A DNA stretch of 64,000 nt from Polyangiales bacterium (GCA_038230375.1 JBBRNJ010000011.1:64001-128000); one strand, 5' to 3'. Shown: positions 54,133 through 64,000, counted from the stretch's first letter. Numbers and translations are program-made. The notes: generated by a model not told the origin, from the letters alone.

Positions 54133-55833
54133 GTGAATCGCGGCCTCGCCACATTGAGCTCCTTGCTCACCGTCATCTTCACTGCGGTCTTCCTCGTCAT
54201 GCTCGCGGCTGGCGTCGCCTCCGCGAACGCGGCCGCCCCACCGGGGAGCGCGTCCGCAGGTGCAGCGGGTGCGTCCCCCTCGTCCAGCGCCGCGACTGCG
54301 GTCGCGCGGGCCGACGTCAAGATCCGCGACAAGGTCGTCATCACGCTGCGCGCGCCGCGTGGTGACAAGTCGGCGCTCGACCGCAGTCGCGCCGCCAACC
54401 AGGCGATCGAGACGCTGCTCGAGAAGCCGGACGAGATCGGCGACATCAAGGACGACGAGAGCGCGCCCGGCGCTGCGGTCATCTACGCTGGCAAGACGCC
54501 GATCCTCACCTTGACCGAGGACGACGTCGCCCCCTCCGGCGAGCCCAGCCTGCATGTGCTCTCCGCGAAGGCCACCGAGCGCTTCGAGGACGGCGTCCAC
54601 AACGAGCAGAAGCGCTCGCGCATCGCCACCACTGTCTTCTCGCTATCACTCGTGGTCTTCAGTGGGCTCATCGCGTTCCTGCTGCTCGGTCGCGTGGGCG
54701 AGCTCGCGACGCGCATCCGCACGTTCCTGACCGACCACCCCGATCGCATCGGCGGCCTTCGCGTCGGCAACATCGAGGTACTGAGCGTCGCGGCCGTGCG
54801 CGGCGCGATCTCCGTCGCTGTGTCGATCTTCCACCGGATCTCGCAGGTGGCCATCGCTTACAGCTGGCTGATCTTCGGTCTCTCGCTCTTCGACTCGACG
54901 CGCGGCTACACGGAGCGGCTCGGCGGGCTGGTCCTCCAGCCGATCTCGGCGCTGGTGTCGCGCGTGGGCAGCGCTCTCCCGCTCCTGGTCATCGTCCTCG
55001 TTGCCACTGGCGTGGTGTTCGTGCTCATCCGGTTCGTGGGGCTCTTCATGGAGAGCGTGTCGCGCGGGGAGACCCGTGTGGCCTGGATGCCGTCCGACTT
55101 CGCGCGCCCCGTGAGCGCGATCATGCGCGTCGCGATCGTCGTCCTTGCGCTGCTCGTCGCCACGCCGCTGATCACGGGCTCCGATGATGGCGCGCTCTCC
55201 CGCGCCGGTCTCTTCGCGTTGTTCGCGCTCGGTCTCGCGAGTACGCCCGTGCTTGCTTCGGTGGCTGCGGGCGCGCTCGTCGTCTTCGGTCGCAAGCTCA
55301 AGCGAGGTGAGTACGTGGAGCTCGGACCGCGTGCCGGGCGCGTGATCGCCGTGTCCTTGATGGAGGTGCGCCTCCTCGAGCGCGAGGGCTCGGAGCTCCG
55401 CGTGCCGCACCTCATGTCGCTCTTCCAGCCCACACGCGTCGTGGGCAAGCTCCCGCTCACGCAGGTGGACCTCACGGTCCGTGGCACGCCGGAGACCGCG
55501 GCGCGCCGTGTGCTCGACGCGGAGATCCGCCCCGTCGGAGCAAAGTCCCGCATCCAGCTCATCTCGATCGATGCAGAGAGCGCCAGCTATCGCGTCACCG
55601 CCGAGGAACCCTCGTCAGGCGCGCTGGAGGCCGCGATCCGCCGTGCCCTCGCGCGCATCGCATCCGGGCAGATCCCCGAGGACGACGGCCCCGCCCACAT
55701 CTCGCTTCCATCGATCCCGCCGCCTCCCGTCTCGATCACCACGTCGCCTCAGTTCACGCCCGACTCCCCGCTGCCCACGCAGGCGAGCGTGGTGCCGCCC
55801 GTGAAGGAGAAGGACGGGGGCAAGAAGCCGTGA
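54133..55833 (+). CDS. MscS-family mechanosensitive channel with N-terminal periplasmic domain
   Basis: Signal peptide, TM helices, LGLA..PVL....AG, GEYVE.G...GRV..V.L....L.......RVP. Confidence 0.78.
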   Translation: MNRGLATLSSLLTVIFTAVFLVMLAAGVASANAAAPPGSASAGAAGASPSSSAATAVARADVKIRDKVVITLRAPRGDKSALDRSRAANQAIETLLEKPDEIGDIKDDESAPGAAVIYAGKTPILTLTEDDVAPSGEPSLHVLSAKATERFEDGVHNEQKRSRIATTVFSLSLVVFSGLIAFLLLGRVGELATRIRTFLTDHPDRIGGLRVGNIEVLSVAAVRGAISVAVSIFHRISQVAIAYSWLIFGLSLFDSTRGYTERLGGLVLQPISALVSRVGSALPLLVIVLVATGVVFVLIRFVGLFMESVSRGETRVAWMPSDFARPVSAIMRVAIVVLALLVATPLITGSDDGALSRAGLFALFALGLASTPVLASVAAGALVVFGRKLKRGEYVELGPRAGRVIAVSLMEVRLLEREGSELRVPHLMSLFQPTRVVGKLPLTQVDLTVRGTPETAARRVLDAEIRPVGAKSRIQLISIDAESASYRVTAEEPSSGALEAAIRRALARIASGQIPEDDGPAHISLPSIPPPPVSITTSPQFTPDSPLPTQASVVPPVKEKDGGKKP

Positions 55834-57110
55834 GCTCGATCGTCCTCCTCATGGTGCTCCTGGCGCTCTCGGCCGTCGGGAGCTTCCTGGTCGGTGGCCG
55901 CGGCCGTGGAGTCGGCCTTCCGTCAGGTCTGGAGTTCGTCGCGCTCGGCTTCGCGGTAGGTCCGTCCGCGCTCGGCATGGTCGACCGCGCCATGATCGAT
56001 CAGTTCGAGCCGATCCTGCAGGTCGCGCTCGCGTGGTTCACGTTCAACATCGGGCTCGACATCGGCTTCGTCGGCGAGCGGCGCGCACCGCTTCGCGTCA
56101 TGGTGCTCGGTGCGGTGTCCGCGCTATTCACGGGCGCACTCGTGTTCGCGGCTGTATTTCCGCTCGCACGCCTCCTTCATATCGAGGACACGAGGAGCTG
56201 CCTCATCCTCGCCGGAGGCATCGGCGCCGCGTGCGCCGAGACCACCCGCCACGTCGTGCGCTGGGCCGAGGCCCGTCACGGCGCGAAAGGCAAGCTCACC
56301 GAGATCATCTCCGGCTTCGGCTCTTCCGACGACGTCGCGCCCATTCTGGCATCCGCGGTCTTCTTTGCCATGAGCGCCAGCGTCGGCTCGGCGGTCCACG
56401 TGTCGATCCCGATCGGCGGATTCATCGCAGCGACCGCGGTGCTTGGCCTCGTGCTCGGGGGCGTCGCCATCCTGCTGGTACGCAACACAGAGGGGCACGA
56501 GGTCTGGGCCGCGCTCATCGGAACGCTGCTCCTGGGCTCCGGGATCGCCGCGCGCTTCGGCCTGTTGCCTACAGCCGTGACGTTCGTCATGGGCATCGCG
56601 CTTGGCTTCTCCAAGCACCGCGGCGCCCTGCGCGTGCTGGTCCGCCCCACGGAGCGCGCCGTTGTCCTGCCCACGCTGCTCCTGGCCGGCACGCGGCTCG
56701 ACCTACGGGTCGTCGCTGAGAACAAGCTCCTCATCGTGCTCGTCGTCGCGGCGATCGCGGCGCGCTTCGTCGGCAAGCTGGCGTCCGGCGGCATGATGCG
56801 CACCCTGTCGGAGCCCGCACGCAGGACAAGCAACACCCTGGGGCTCGCGCTCGTCTCGTCCGGCGCGCTATCCATCGCGGTCGGTCTTTCGTTCGCCCTG
56901 CGCATGCCTGGCGTGATCGGTGACACGGTGCTCGTGGCTGCGGTGGCGTGCGCGCTTGTCGGTGAGATCGTCGGCCCGCGCAGCCTCCGCATCGCGCTCC
57001 TTCGCACGGGTGACATCGAGCCGCCGGTGGTATTCACCCCGCCGCCACCGCAGTCCGAAGAGAACCTTGGCTCGGATCCGCCCGAAGACTCCGAGGACGT
57101 TGTTCGATGA
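55830..57110 (+). CDS. Cation/H+ antiporter-like (CPA2-type) membrane protein, degenerate
   Basis: About 12 TM helices; LG..VGP..LG; SDD; AR..GK; GE..GP. Confidence 0.65.
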   Translation: MSSIVLLMVLLALSAVGSFLVGGRGRGVGLPSGLEFVALGFAVGPSALGMVDRAMIDQFEPILQVALAWFTFNIGLDIGFVGERRAPLRVMVLGAVSALFTGALVFAAVFPLARLLHIEDTRSCLILAGGIGAACAETTRHVVRWAEARHGAKGKLTEIISGFGSSDDVAPILASAVFFAMSASVGSAVHVSIPIGGFIAATAVLGLVLGGVAILLVRNTEGHEVWAALIGTLLLGSGIAARFGLLPTAVTFVMGIALGFSKHRGALRVLVRPTERAVVLPTLLLAGTRLDLRVVAENKLLIVLVVAAIAARFVGKLASGGMMRTLSEPARRTSNTLGLALVSSGALSIAVGLSFALRMPGVIGDTVLVAAVACALVGEIVGPRSLRIALLRTGDIEPPVVFTPPPPQSEENLGSDPPEDSEDVVR

Positions 57111-58501
57111 GCGGCGCGCCGCACGGCAAGAAGCCGGGTCTGCTCTCCAGCGCCCTGTCGCTCGTGATCGTGTTCACGCTGCTCTTCGTCGCAAGCCGTC
57201 TCGCGCCCGAATACAGGGGTGACCTGGGCACCATTGCGGCCGTCGGGTTTCTCCTGCTCGGCGGCGCGCTCCTCGCAGAGGTGCTGGAGCCGCTGCGCAT
57301 GCCGCACCTCACGGGCTATCTGGTGTGCGGAATCCTGGCGGGGCCGCATCTCCTCCATCTGATCGATCACGAGTCCGTGCAGACCCTCTCCAAGGTCAAC
57401 TCGCTGGCCCTCGCACTCATCGCGCTCGCTGGTGGTGCGGAGCTGCGCCTGTCGATCTTGCGGGAGGGCGTGCGCACGCTGACGTGGGCGACCCTGGTGC
57501 AGACCGTCGGCGGCATCGTCCTCGTGGGTACGCTCTTCTTCGTGTTGAAGCCGATGCTCCCGTTTGCGAAGGACTTCGGGTTCTCACAGATGCTCGGCGT
57601 GTCGCTCCTCTGGGGAGTGCTCTCCACCACGCGCAGCCCGTCGGCCACCCTTGGCATCCTCTCGCAGACACGCGCGCAGGGGCCGCTGGCGCGCTACGCG
57701 CTCTCGTTCGTCATGACGTCGGATGTCGTGGTCGTGGTCAACCTCGCCGCCGCCTTCACGGTCGCCAGGCCGCTGCTCACACCGGGCGCGCAGTTCTCGC
57801 TCGCCGCGTTCACGGAGCTCGGGCACGACCTGCTCGGGAGCGTCGCGATCGGTACCACCGTCGGTCTCTTGCTCGCGGCGTACGTGAAGCTCGTCGGGAA
57901 GCAGCTCGTGGTCGTGCTGCTCGCGCTCGGTTTCGGCGCATGGGAGGTCCTGCAGTACCTGAACTTCGATCCGCTCCTCACGTTCATGGTGGCGGGGTTC
58001 GTCGTGCAGAACCTCTCCAAGCAGGGCGACAAGTTCCTGCACCAGATCGAGTGGACCGGCGGTCTCGTGTACGTCGTCTTCTTCGCGACCGCGGGTGCGC
58101 ACCTGGACGTTCCGCTGTTGCGCAAGCTCTGGCCCGTCACGCTGATCCTCTGCGGTGCGCGCGCCCTGATCAGCTGGGGCCTCGGTCGCATGGCAAGCAG
58201 GCTCGCCAACGATCCTCCAAACGTGAAGAAATGGGGCTTTGCGCCGCTTATTTCTCAGGCCGGTCTGGCGCTGGGGTTTGGTGCGCTGGTGGAGAAGCAG
58301 TTCCCGGGTTTCGGTACCGAGTTCAGGGCGCTCGGTATTGCCGCCGTCGCTGTGAACGAGATGGTGGGCCCGATCATCTTCAAGCTCGCGGTCGACAGTT
58401 CGGGCGAGGCGCGGCCGCCCGTGCCCGCCCTCGCGGAGGATAGTGCCCATGGGGATCCGCCCGAGCCGCCTCGCGAAGAGCCTACCGCCTCTTCTTCATG
58501 A
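57107..58501 (+). CDS. Cation/H+ antiporter (CPA2 family)
   Basis: PHLTGYL..GILAGP, GAEL, SPSAT, FFATAGAHLD, QAGLALG, NE..GP. Confidence 0.85.
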   Translation: MSGAPHGKKPGLLSSALSLVIVFTLLFVASRLAPEYRGDLGTIAAVGFLLLGGALLAEVLEPLRMPHLTGYLVCGILAGPHLLHLIDHESVQTLSKVNSLALALIALAGGAELRLSILREGVRTLTWATLVQTVGGIVLVGTLFFVLKPMLPFAKDFGFSQMLGVSLLWGVLSTTRSPSATLGILSQTRAQGPLARYALSFVMTSDVVVVVNLAAAFTVARPLLTPGAQFSLAAFTELGHDLLGSVAIGTTVGLLLAAYVKLVGKQLVVVLLALGFGAWEVLQYLNFDPLLTFMVAGFVVQNLSKQGDKFLHQIEWTGGLVYVVFFATAGAHLDVPLLRKLWPVTLILCGARALISWGLGRMASRLANDPPNVKKWGFAPLISQAGLALGFGALVEKQFPGFGTEFRALGIAAVAVNEMVGPIIFKLAVDSSGEARPPVPALAEDSAHGDPPEPPREEPTASSS

Positions 58502-61187
58502 GCACGAAGCGGACTGTCGGCTCGGTCTGGTCGCGTACGCGCGCGCACTGGGTCGCACGCTCCACATAGGCGCGGTACGTGCGCTCCGCGCCGTCAATGT
58601 CCTTCACGCGCGGCTCCACGAACGACGTGAGGCGCGCGAGCTCCTTGGCCGAGCACGCGGTCGCAACCACGCGCGTGAGGTCGGGCCCCAGGTCCGCGGG
58701 CAGGCGCTTTCGCAGCTCTTCCCAGTGCAGAAGGACATAGTCGGTGGCGTGCGCCCGCGCCGTCCGCCGCGTGAGCGCCGACGCCAGCATGGAATAGAGT
58801 TCTTGCGACTTGATCTCTCCGGTGAGCGCGAGCCCGTACGCCTTGTCGAACAGTACGGGGTCGTCGATACCGCCGAGGCCACGCACCGCGATCTGGCGGT
58901 CCGAGGGATCCCTGGCCGCGTTCATCGCCTGGATCAGCTCGGCGTAACGCGGCTCCTTCGCCGTGCGCGCGGCGACCTCCACCGCTGCCTGCGCAAGGTC
59001 CGGATCCACGGCGCGGTGATCCTTGAGCCACGCACGTGCGAGCGCGTCGAGCCGGGCCGACGCTGCCGGATCGTTCCCCAGCGTGACCTGCGCAATATCC
59101 GTGGCGCGCTTGCCCAGGATGTCGTCCTCCGTGGGCTTCTTCTTCTTCGCGTACACGCGCGCGTGAGCATCCAGGCGCGCACGCACGTACGCCTCGAACG
59201 CGGGACGCGTGGCGTCGCTCACGGAGGTCTCCGAGAGGCCAGCGAGCACACCGATCACGGTCTGCACGACGTGGCGCTCGTGGTCCGAGTCGAACAGCGG
59301 CAGGAGCTCCAGGATCGCATCGGCGGGCAGATCGCCCGAGCGCACCTGCGCGTACGCATTGGAAATGAGCTCGATGCGGCTCGCCGCGTCCAGGCCGCGC
59401 GCCTTCGCGAGCGCGAAGAGGCGGTCACGCGGGAGCGCATAGCGGTAGTAGCCGTGATCGCGGTTCGGGTTCACGAAGGTGATGCACCCTGGCTCCTCGC
59501 GCGTGACCGGCTTGCCGGGCCGGAGCTCTACGCAGGCCTCGGACTTGTCGGTCTGGTAGCAGATGGGCAGCGTCCACGTGGGCGGTGCGCGCCGCGGCTC
59601 TCCAAAGGCGATCCACTCCGACATCTCGAAGGTCAGCGTGGTCTTCACGCCCTTGTCGCAGACGGCCTGCGTGCGCACCAGCGGCACGCCCGCGCGATCC
59701 GTGAGCGGATCCAGGATCTGCGCGAGGCTCTTGCCGGAGCCGGCCTCGAGCGACGCAAGGAGATCGCGCGTGGTCGCGGTCTTGTACGCGAAGCGCGTGA
59801 GGTAGTCGCGCACGCCGCGCTGGAACGCGTCGCGACCGACGTACCCTTCGAGCATGGCAAGGATGGATGCGCCCTTCCTGTACGTGATGCTGTCGAACGC
59901 CTCCATGATCTCGTTCGTGTTGCGCGCGGGTTGTCGCACGGCGCGTGTGCTCGGCAGCGCGTCCAGGTCGAACGTGCTGTCCATCTCGAGCTCGGAGTCG
60001 AGGCGCGCACCAAACGCCGGGTAGGCGCGATCCGTGGCGAGGTCCTCCAGCCATGTGGCGAAGCCCTCGTTCAAGAACAGCTCGTCCCACCATGCGGCGG
60101 TCACGAGATTGCCAAACCACTGATGCGCGACCTCGTGCGCGATGAGCTGCGCCATCCGTCGCTTCTGCCTTCGCGGCGCGCTGTCCGACACCAGCAGCGC
60201 GTCCTCGCGAAAGGTGATGAGTCCGGCATTCTCCATTGCACCAGCGGCAAAATCGGGGACGGCGACCACGTCCAGCTTGTCGAACGGGTAGGGGACCTGC
60301 ACGTACTCGCCCAGGGTCGCTGTGAGCTTGGCCGTCGCCTCCAGCGCGAGCCCCGCGAGGTCCTTTTTTCCCTTCACGGTGATCGCGCGAATGGGCACGG
60401 GTGACGTGGGGCCGTCGCGCACGTCGAAGTCGCCCACGGCGAAGGCGATCAGGTACGTGGGCAGCGGCTTCGTCGTGGCAAAGCGGTAGAGCGTGCCCTC
60501 CTTGTCGGTGACCTTGTCGACCTCGCGCGTATTCGCGACGGCCAGGAGGCCCCATGGGGTGCGAATGCTCACGTCGAATGGCGTCTTCCAGCCGGGCTCG
60601 TCGAAGCAAGGAAATGCGCGGCGCGCGGATGTCGCCTCGAACTGGGTGAACGCGTAGTAGTGGTCCTTCTCCTTCACGCGATAGAGCCCCGACAGCTCCT
60701 TGTCGAAGGGCGCGTCGTACTCGATGATGAGCGTTGCGTTGCCCGGCGCGAGCGGCGCCTGGAATGCCAGGACGAGCTCCTCTTCGGCGTGGTCGCCGAA
60801 CGCGGCGCGCGTGTGGCTGGTCCCGAACACCTCGCGACCCACGGTCAGGCCGGACACGCGCGTCACGTGCAAGTTGGCTCCGTGGAGCACCACGGCGCGC
60901 GTGAGGCGATCGAGCTTCACGTCGATGCGCGCGGTGCCGCTGAACCGCTCGTCGCCAGGCACGATCTTCAAGGACAGCGTGTAGTGCTCCGGCGTCACGC
61001 CAGCGGGAAGCCTTCCGTCCTCGCGCTTCGGCGGATCGTCGGCGTCATCGGGCGGCGGCGGACCGGGGTCCAGCAGCGTGACGGACGCCGGGGTGGACGG
61101 GGTCTTCGAAGGCTCCTGCGCGTGCTCACCGCACCCGGGCGCAATGCACGCGACCAGGAACAGCAAGAAGACGAGCGCGCGCGGCAT
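58482..61187 (-). CDS. M1-family zinc aminopeptidase lipoprotein (ERAP1-like C-terminus)
   Basis: TQFEAT.ARRAFPCFDEP, GAMEN, HEVAHQWFGNLVT, LNEGFA, Y.KG; lipobox near the N-terminus; true start 61187, not 62777. Confidence 0.92.
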   Translation of the reverse strand: MPRALVFLLFLVACIAPGCGEHAQEPSKTPSTPASVTLLDPGPPPPDDADDPPKREDGRLPAGVTPEHYTLSLKIVPGDERFSGTARIDVKLDRLTRAVVLHGANLHVTRVSGLTVGREVFGTSHTRAAFGDHAEEELVLAFQAPLAPGNATLIIEYDAPFDKELSGLYRVKEKDHYYAFTQFEATSARRAFPCFDEPGWKTPFDVSIRTPWGLLAVANTREVDKVTDKEGTLYRFATTKPLPTYLIAFAVGDFDVRDGPTSPVPIRAITVKGKKDLAGLALEATAKLTATLGEYVQVPYPFDKLDVVAVPDFAAGAMENAGLITFREDALLVSDSAPRRQKRRMAQLIAHEVAHQWFGNLVTAAWWDELFLNEGFATWLEDLATDRAYPAFGARLDSELEMDSTFDLDALPSTRAVRQPARNTNEIMEAFDSITYRKGASILAMLEGYVGRDAFQRGVRDYLTRFAYKTATTRDLLASLEAGSGKSLAQILDPLTDRAGVPLVRTQAVCDKGVKTTLTFEMSEWIAFGEPRRAPPTWTLPICYQTDKSEACVELRPGKPVTREEPGCITFVNPNRDHGYYRYALPRDRLFALAKARGLDAASRIELISNAYAQVRSGDLPADAILELLPLFDSDHERHVVQTVIGVLAGLSETSVSDATRPAFEAYVRARLDAHARVYAKKKKPTEDDILGKRATDIAQVTLGNDPAASARLDALARAWLKDHRAVDPDLAQAAVEVAARTAKEPRYAELIQAMNAARDPSDRQIAVRGLGGIDDPVLFDKAYGLALTGEIKSQELYSMLASALTRRTARAHATDYVLLHWEELRKRLPADLGPDLTRVVATACSAKELARLTSFVEPRVKDIDGAERTYRAYVERATQCARVRDQTEPTVRFVLMKKRR

Positions 61188-61207
61188 GACCGCACGTTCG
61201 TAGCAGG

Positions 61208-61669
61208 TCAGCCCGCGCGGCGCATCGGCGCGGTGAAGAGGCGCGCGACCGACTGGGGGTCGACGCGGCGAACGGGAGCAGACTTGCGCGCCTCGGCCGC
61301 TTCCTTGCGCTCGTCGCGGTGCGACTTTGCGAGGGCGACGAACGCGGACGTGAACATGAAGGCGTCCTCGCCGGTGAGCTGCGGGCGCCAGAGCACGGCG
61401 GGCGCGCCGCGATGCGGGTAGAGGGACAGCACGAGAGAGCCGGTCTCGTCCTTGACCAACCATCCGAGAAGGCGAAGGCCCTCGACGCCGCGGCGCTGAT
61501 CGAAGCTGCCCTTGCGCGTCACCGTGTAACAGATGCCGTCGAGGAACCTGTAGACCGTGTTCGCGGTCTCGAGGTGCGTCTCGGCGGAGAAGAACTGCGT
61601 GCCCAGGCGAAGCCAGGCGTCGCGGGATGAGCCTTCGAGCTCGGCGAGGAATCCTTTGCGTGCGTCCAT
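61208..61669 (-). CDS. Hypothetical protein
   Basis: High-GC3 ORF (LETANTVYRFLDGIC) between the aminopeptidase and the AAA ATPase. Confidence 0.65.
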   Translation of the reverse strand: MDARKGFLAELEGSSRDAWLRLGTQFFSAETHLETANTVYRFLDGICYTVTRKGSFDQRRGVEGLRLLGWLVKDETGSLVLSLYPHRGAPAVLWRPQLTGEDAFMFTSAFVALAKSHRDERKEAAEARKSAPVRRVDPQSVARLFTAPMRRAG

Positions 61670-61868
61670 GTCGGGAATTCATAAACGCACATGTCGTGCC
61701 GGGCGGCATGCGCCGGGAGCACCCCCGGAAATGCCGGCAAAACCGGGATGTTCGGCAATCGGTGTGCCCGGCGCGAGACAATGTAGGTGGGTCTATGTGG
61801 AGGGGATGATCCAGGGAAAAGAGTCTACAGGGGGCAGGGGGCGATGATGTAACGTCAGCGAACTTGTC

Positions 61869-63041
61869 ATGTCGCAAGCCCCGCCGAACCTGCCGTCGCG
61901 CCTCGCTCATCTCGCCAAGACGCTGGAGTCCCGCTTCCTCGGAAAAGACGAGACCATTCGCCTTCTTCTGATCGCGACGGTTGCCGGTGAGCACGCCGTC
62001 CTGATCGGCCCGCCGGGCACTGCGAAGTCCGCGCTCATCCGGATGTTCGCGAAGCTTATCCAGGCCCGCTACTTCGAGTACCTCCTGACGCGCTTCACGG
62101 AGCCGAACGAGATCTTCGGTCCCGTCGACATCGCGGCGTTCCGCGAGGGCCGCTACCAGCGTCGCATCGAGGGCATGCTCCCGGAGGCGGAGATCGTCTT
62201 CCTGGACGAGGTCTTCAAGAGCAACTCCGCGATGCTCAACGCGCTCCTCACGCTCCTGAACGAGCGTCGCTACACCAGCGGCGGGACGGTGCTGAAGACA
62301 CCGCTCCTCTCGTGCTTCGGTGCCTCGAACGAGGTGCCCGGCGACGAGAACCTCACCGCCATCTTCGACCGCTTCCTCTTGCGTATCCGCAGCGACAATC
62401 TGGACGCCTATCACTTCCAGGATCTCCTCCAGCGCGGAATCCAGCACGAGGTCATGGGGATGACCGACGCGCAGGTCCAGCCCGTGTGCTCCGCATCGGA
62501 GATCGCAGCCACGCACCGCGCGTTCGCCCAGCGCATGCGCTTCTCCGAGGAGTTCTTCAGCGCGTACAAGGGCCTCATCTTCCAGATCCGCGCCGAGGGC
62601 ATCACCGTCAGCGACCGTCGCGTCGTGAAGCTCCTGAAGCTCTTCGCGGCCAGCGCGTTCCTGGACGGTCGGCCGTCGCCCGACCCGAGCGACTTCTTCG
62701 TGCTGAAGCACATCTGGAACAACGAAGACCAGGCGGCGATCCTGGAGCAGATCATCACGCCCGTGCTCGAGGCGCACTTCCGCGACAACCCGAACGCACG
62801 ACGCGTCGGTGCGGTGGGCGTGGGCATCGAGGCGCTGGCCGCGGAGATCGATCGCGTGCGTCAGGTCCTCACTGGCGGCGCAGGCCTCTCCGATGTGCAG
62901 CTCTTCAGCCAGCTGAAGGCGCTCAACGAGATCAAGGCGGCGCTATCGTCGTCGCAAGATCCGCGCTCGCGCGAGCTCGTGCAGCGAACGGACCAGCTGC
63001 TCGAGGCGGCCTTCCGCAGCGGTCGCTTCGCGCAGCTCTAG
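61869..63041 (+). CDS. RavA/MoxR-family AAA+ ATPase
   Basis: GPPGTAKS, FEYLLTRFTEPNEIFGP, FLDEVFKSNSA.LN.LLT..NER, ASNE, DRF, VSDRR. Confidence 0.9.
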   Translation: MSQAPPNLPSRLAHLAKTLESRFLGKDETIRLLLIATVAGEHAVLIGPPGTAKSALIRMFAKLIQARYFEYLLTRFTEPNEIFGPVDIAAFREGRYQRRIEGMLPEAEIVFLDEVFKSNSAMLNALLTLLNERRYTSGGTVLKTPLLSCFGASNEVPGDENLTAIFDRFLLRIRSDNLDAYHFQDLLQRGIQHEVMGMTDAQVQPVCSASEIAATHRAFAQRMRFSEEFFSAYKGLIFQIRAEGITVSDRRVVKLLKLFAASAFLDGRPSPDPSDFFVLKHIWNNEDQAAILEQIITPVLEAHFRDNPNARRVGAVGVGIEALAAEIDRVRQVLTGGAGLSDVQLFSQLKALNEIKAALSSSQDPRSRELVQRTDQLLEAAFRSGRFAQL

Positions 63042-63047
63042 TCCGTC

Positions 63048-63737
63048 ATGAAGCTCGTGGCGCTCGACACGTCGACCGAGCTCGGCTCGATCGCGCTGGT
63101 TCAAGATGGTCGCGTCCTCCTGTCGCGTGAAGCGCGCGTGTCGAATGCGCACGGCGAGTCATTGATGGTCCTGGTCGACGTGGCGTGCAGGGAGGCGGGC
63201 TTTCGTCCCCGCGACATAGACGTGTGGGCGTGCGGCGTGGGGCCCGGCTCGTTCACGGGGGTACGTGTGGCGGTGAGCACGGTGAAGGGCATCGCGTTCG
63301 CGACGGGCGCCAAGGTGGTCGCCGTCACGAGCCTGGACGCCGTCTCGTATGGCGCGCTCGACGCAGCGAACGTGCCTCCGGAAGAGCGTTGCTCCACCGT
63401 TGTTCTCGGAACGGGCGTGACGATGAAGGGGGAGATCTTCGTGCAAGCCGTCATCGATGGCGCGCTCGTGCGCGAGCCTGTTGCATGCAAACTGCACGCA
63501 ATGCCGGACTGGCTCCTGGATGTGGCAGGCCCCGTTGCAAAGCTCATCGCGTGCGGAGAGGCCGCGAAGCTCGTGGACTTCACCGGCTTCACGGTCACGT
63601 TGCTGGCCGACCCCCCACACGACCTCCCACACGCCGAGGTGATCGCAAGGATCGCAGCAACGCGGACTCCGATCACCGCCGATCTCCTGGAGCCGCTCTA
63701 TGCACGCCTCCCCGAGATCAGCACCCCAAAACGCTGA
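63048..63737 (+). CDS. tsaB: tRNA threonylcarbamoyladenosine biosynthesis protein TsaB
   Basis: ALDTST, H.E.L, GPGSFTGVR..V...KG.A, EPLY.R. Confidence 0.9.
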   Translation: MKLVALDTSTELGSIALVQDGRVLLSREARVSNAHGESLMVLVDVACREAGFRPRDIDVWACGVGPGSFTGVRVAVSTVKGIAFATGAKVVAVTSLDAVSYGALDAANVPPEERCSTVVLGTGVTMKGEIFVQAVIDGALVREPVACKLHAMPDWLLDVAGPVAKLIACGEAAKLVDFTGFTVTLLADPPHDLPHAEVIARIAATRTPITADLLEPLYARLPEISTPKR

Positions 63738-63739
63738 CC

Positions 63740-63779
63740 AAAAAAGCAAACACCGCACAGGCCGGAGCGTGTGCGGTGT
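63740..63779 (-). terminator. Intrinsic terminator hairpin (possibly bidirectional)
   Basis: ACACCGCACA-N10-TGTGCGGTGT stem followed on the minus strand by TTGCTTTTTT. Confidence 0.7.
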
Positions 63780-63818
63780 CTCTGATCGAGGCTGTTCGCT
63801 GCCTCGTTGGTCCTCGTG

Positions 63819-64000
63819 TCAGGGAAGCGCGGCCGTGAGAGTCTTTTCCGCGACGCCCGGGGGCGTGACGAACAGCTGCACGGCCATCTGATCCTTCGGG
63901 CCCTGGAAGTAGTCCAGGCGCACAGTGTGGACGCCCGCGACGAGGTGGGCGGCGCCCTTGACGTCGGCCGGTGCGTGGATGCCGTCGTTGTCGATGATCA
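63819..64000 (-). CDS. PA14-domain protein C-terminus (5'-truncated by window edge; not in the ORF track)
   Basis: Manual translation IIDNDGIHAPADVKGAAHLVAGVHTVRLDYFQGPKDQMAVQLFVTPPG..LP*. Confidence 0.8.
   Translation of the reverse strand, partial: IIDNDGIHAPADVKGAAHLVAGVHTVRLDYFQGPKDQMAVQLFVTPPGVAEKTLTAALP

Noticed and set aside
58482..62777. 1431-aa ORF as a single protein
   Set aside because: Only 58482-61187 is the aminopeptidase; the upstream extension is antisense to the AAA ATPase and overlaps another gene

Overview
High-GC, gene-dense 64 kb chromosomal segment with about 60 CDS and one tRNA. The gene content suggests a myxobacterium of the Polyangiales type; this is an inference from Cys-rich lipoproteins, a TPR-AIM24 protein, an orphan SctS/FliQ and an Imm11 immunity gene. 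Most genes are housekeeping or metabolic: two Hsp20, pepP, dusB, an aldehyde dehydrogenase, glpD, EmrAB-type efflux with TetR/LysR, a membrane-anchored MutS-like ATPase, moaABCDE, epmA, pgsA, hutH, MscS plus two cation/H+ antiporters, an M1 aminopeptidase, a RavA/MoxR ATPase and tsaB. The tRNA is Leu(UAA). I saw no CRISPR array, transposase, integrase or phage module. Most notable observations: (1) a translationally coupled four-gene operon at 41392-50466 encoding an outer-membrane beta-barrel, two paralogous ~1150-aa lipoprotein serine hydrolases and an orphan lasso-B2/transglutaminase-like protein; (2) five operon junctions bridged by micro-ORFs that overlap both the upstream stop and the downstream start, including a 14-bp tandem repeat encoding three chained MRPLA minicistrons; (3) a decayed AHH-like toxin remnant with its Imm11 gene; (4) a MITE/REP-like element family, two copies of which flank the tRNA; (5) a putative SOS box ahead of a small wHTH gene and the MutS-like gene; (6) frequent leaderless-type promoters and strand-specific synonymous recoding at operon ends. 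All calls come from reading motifs by eye; no database searches were run.
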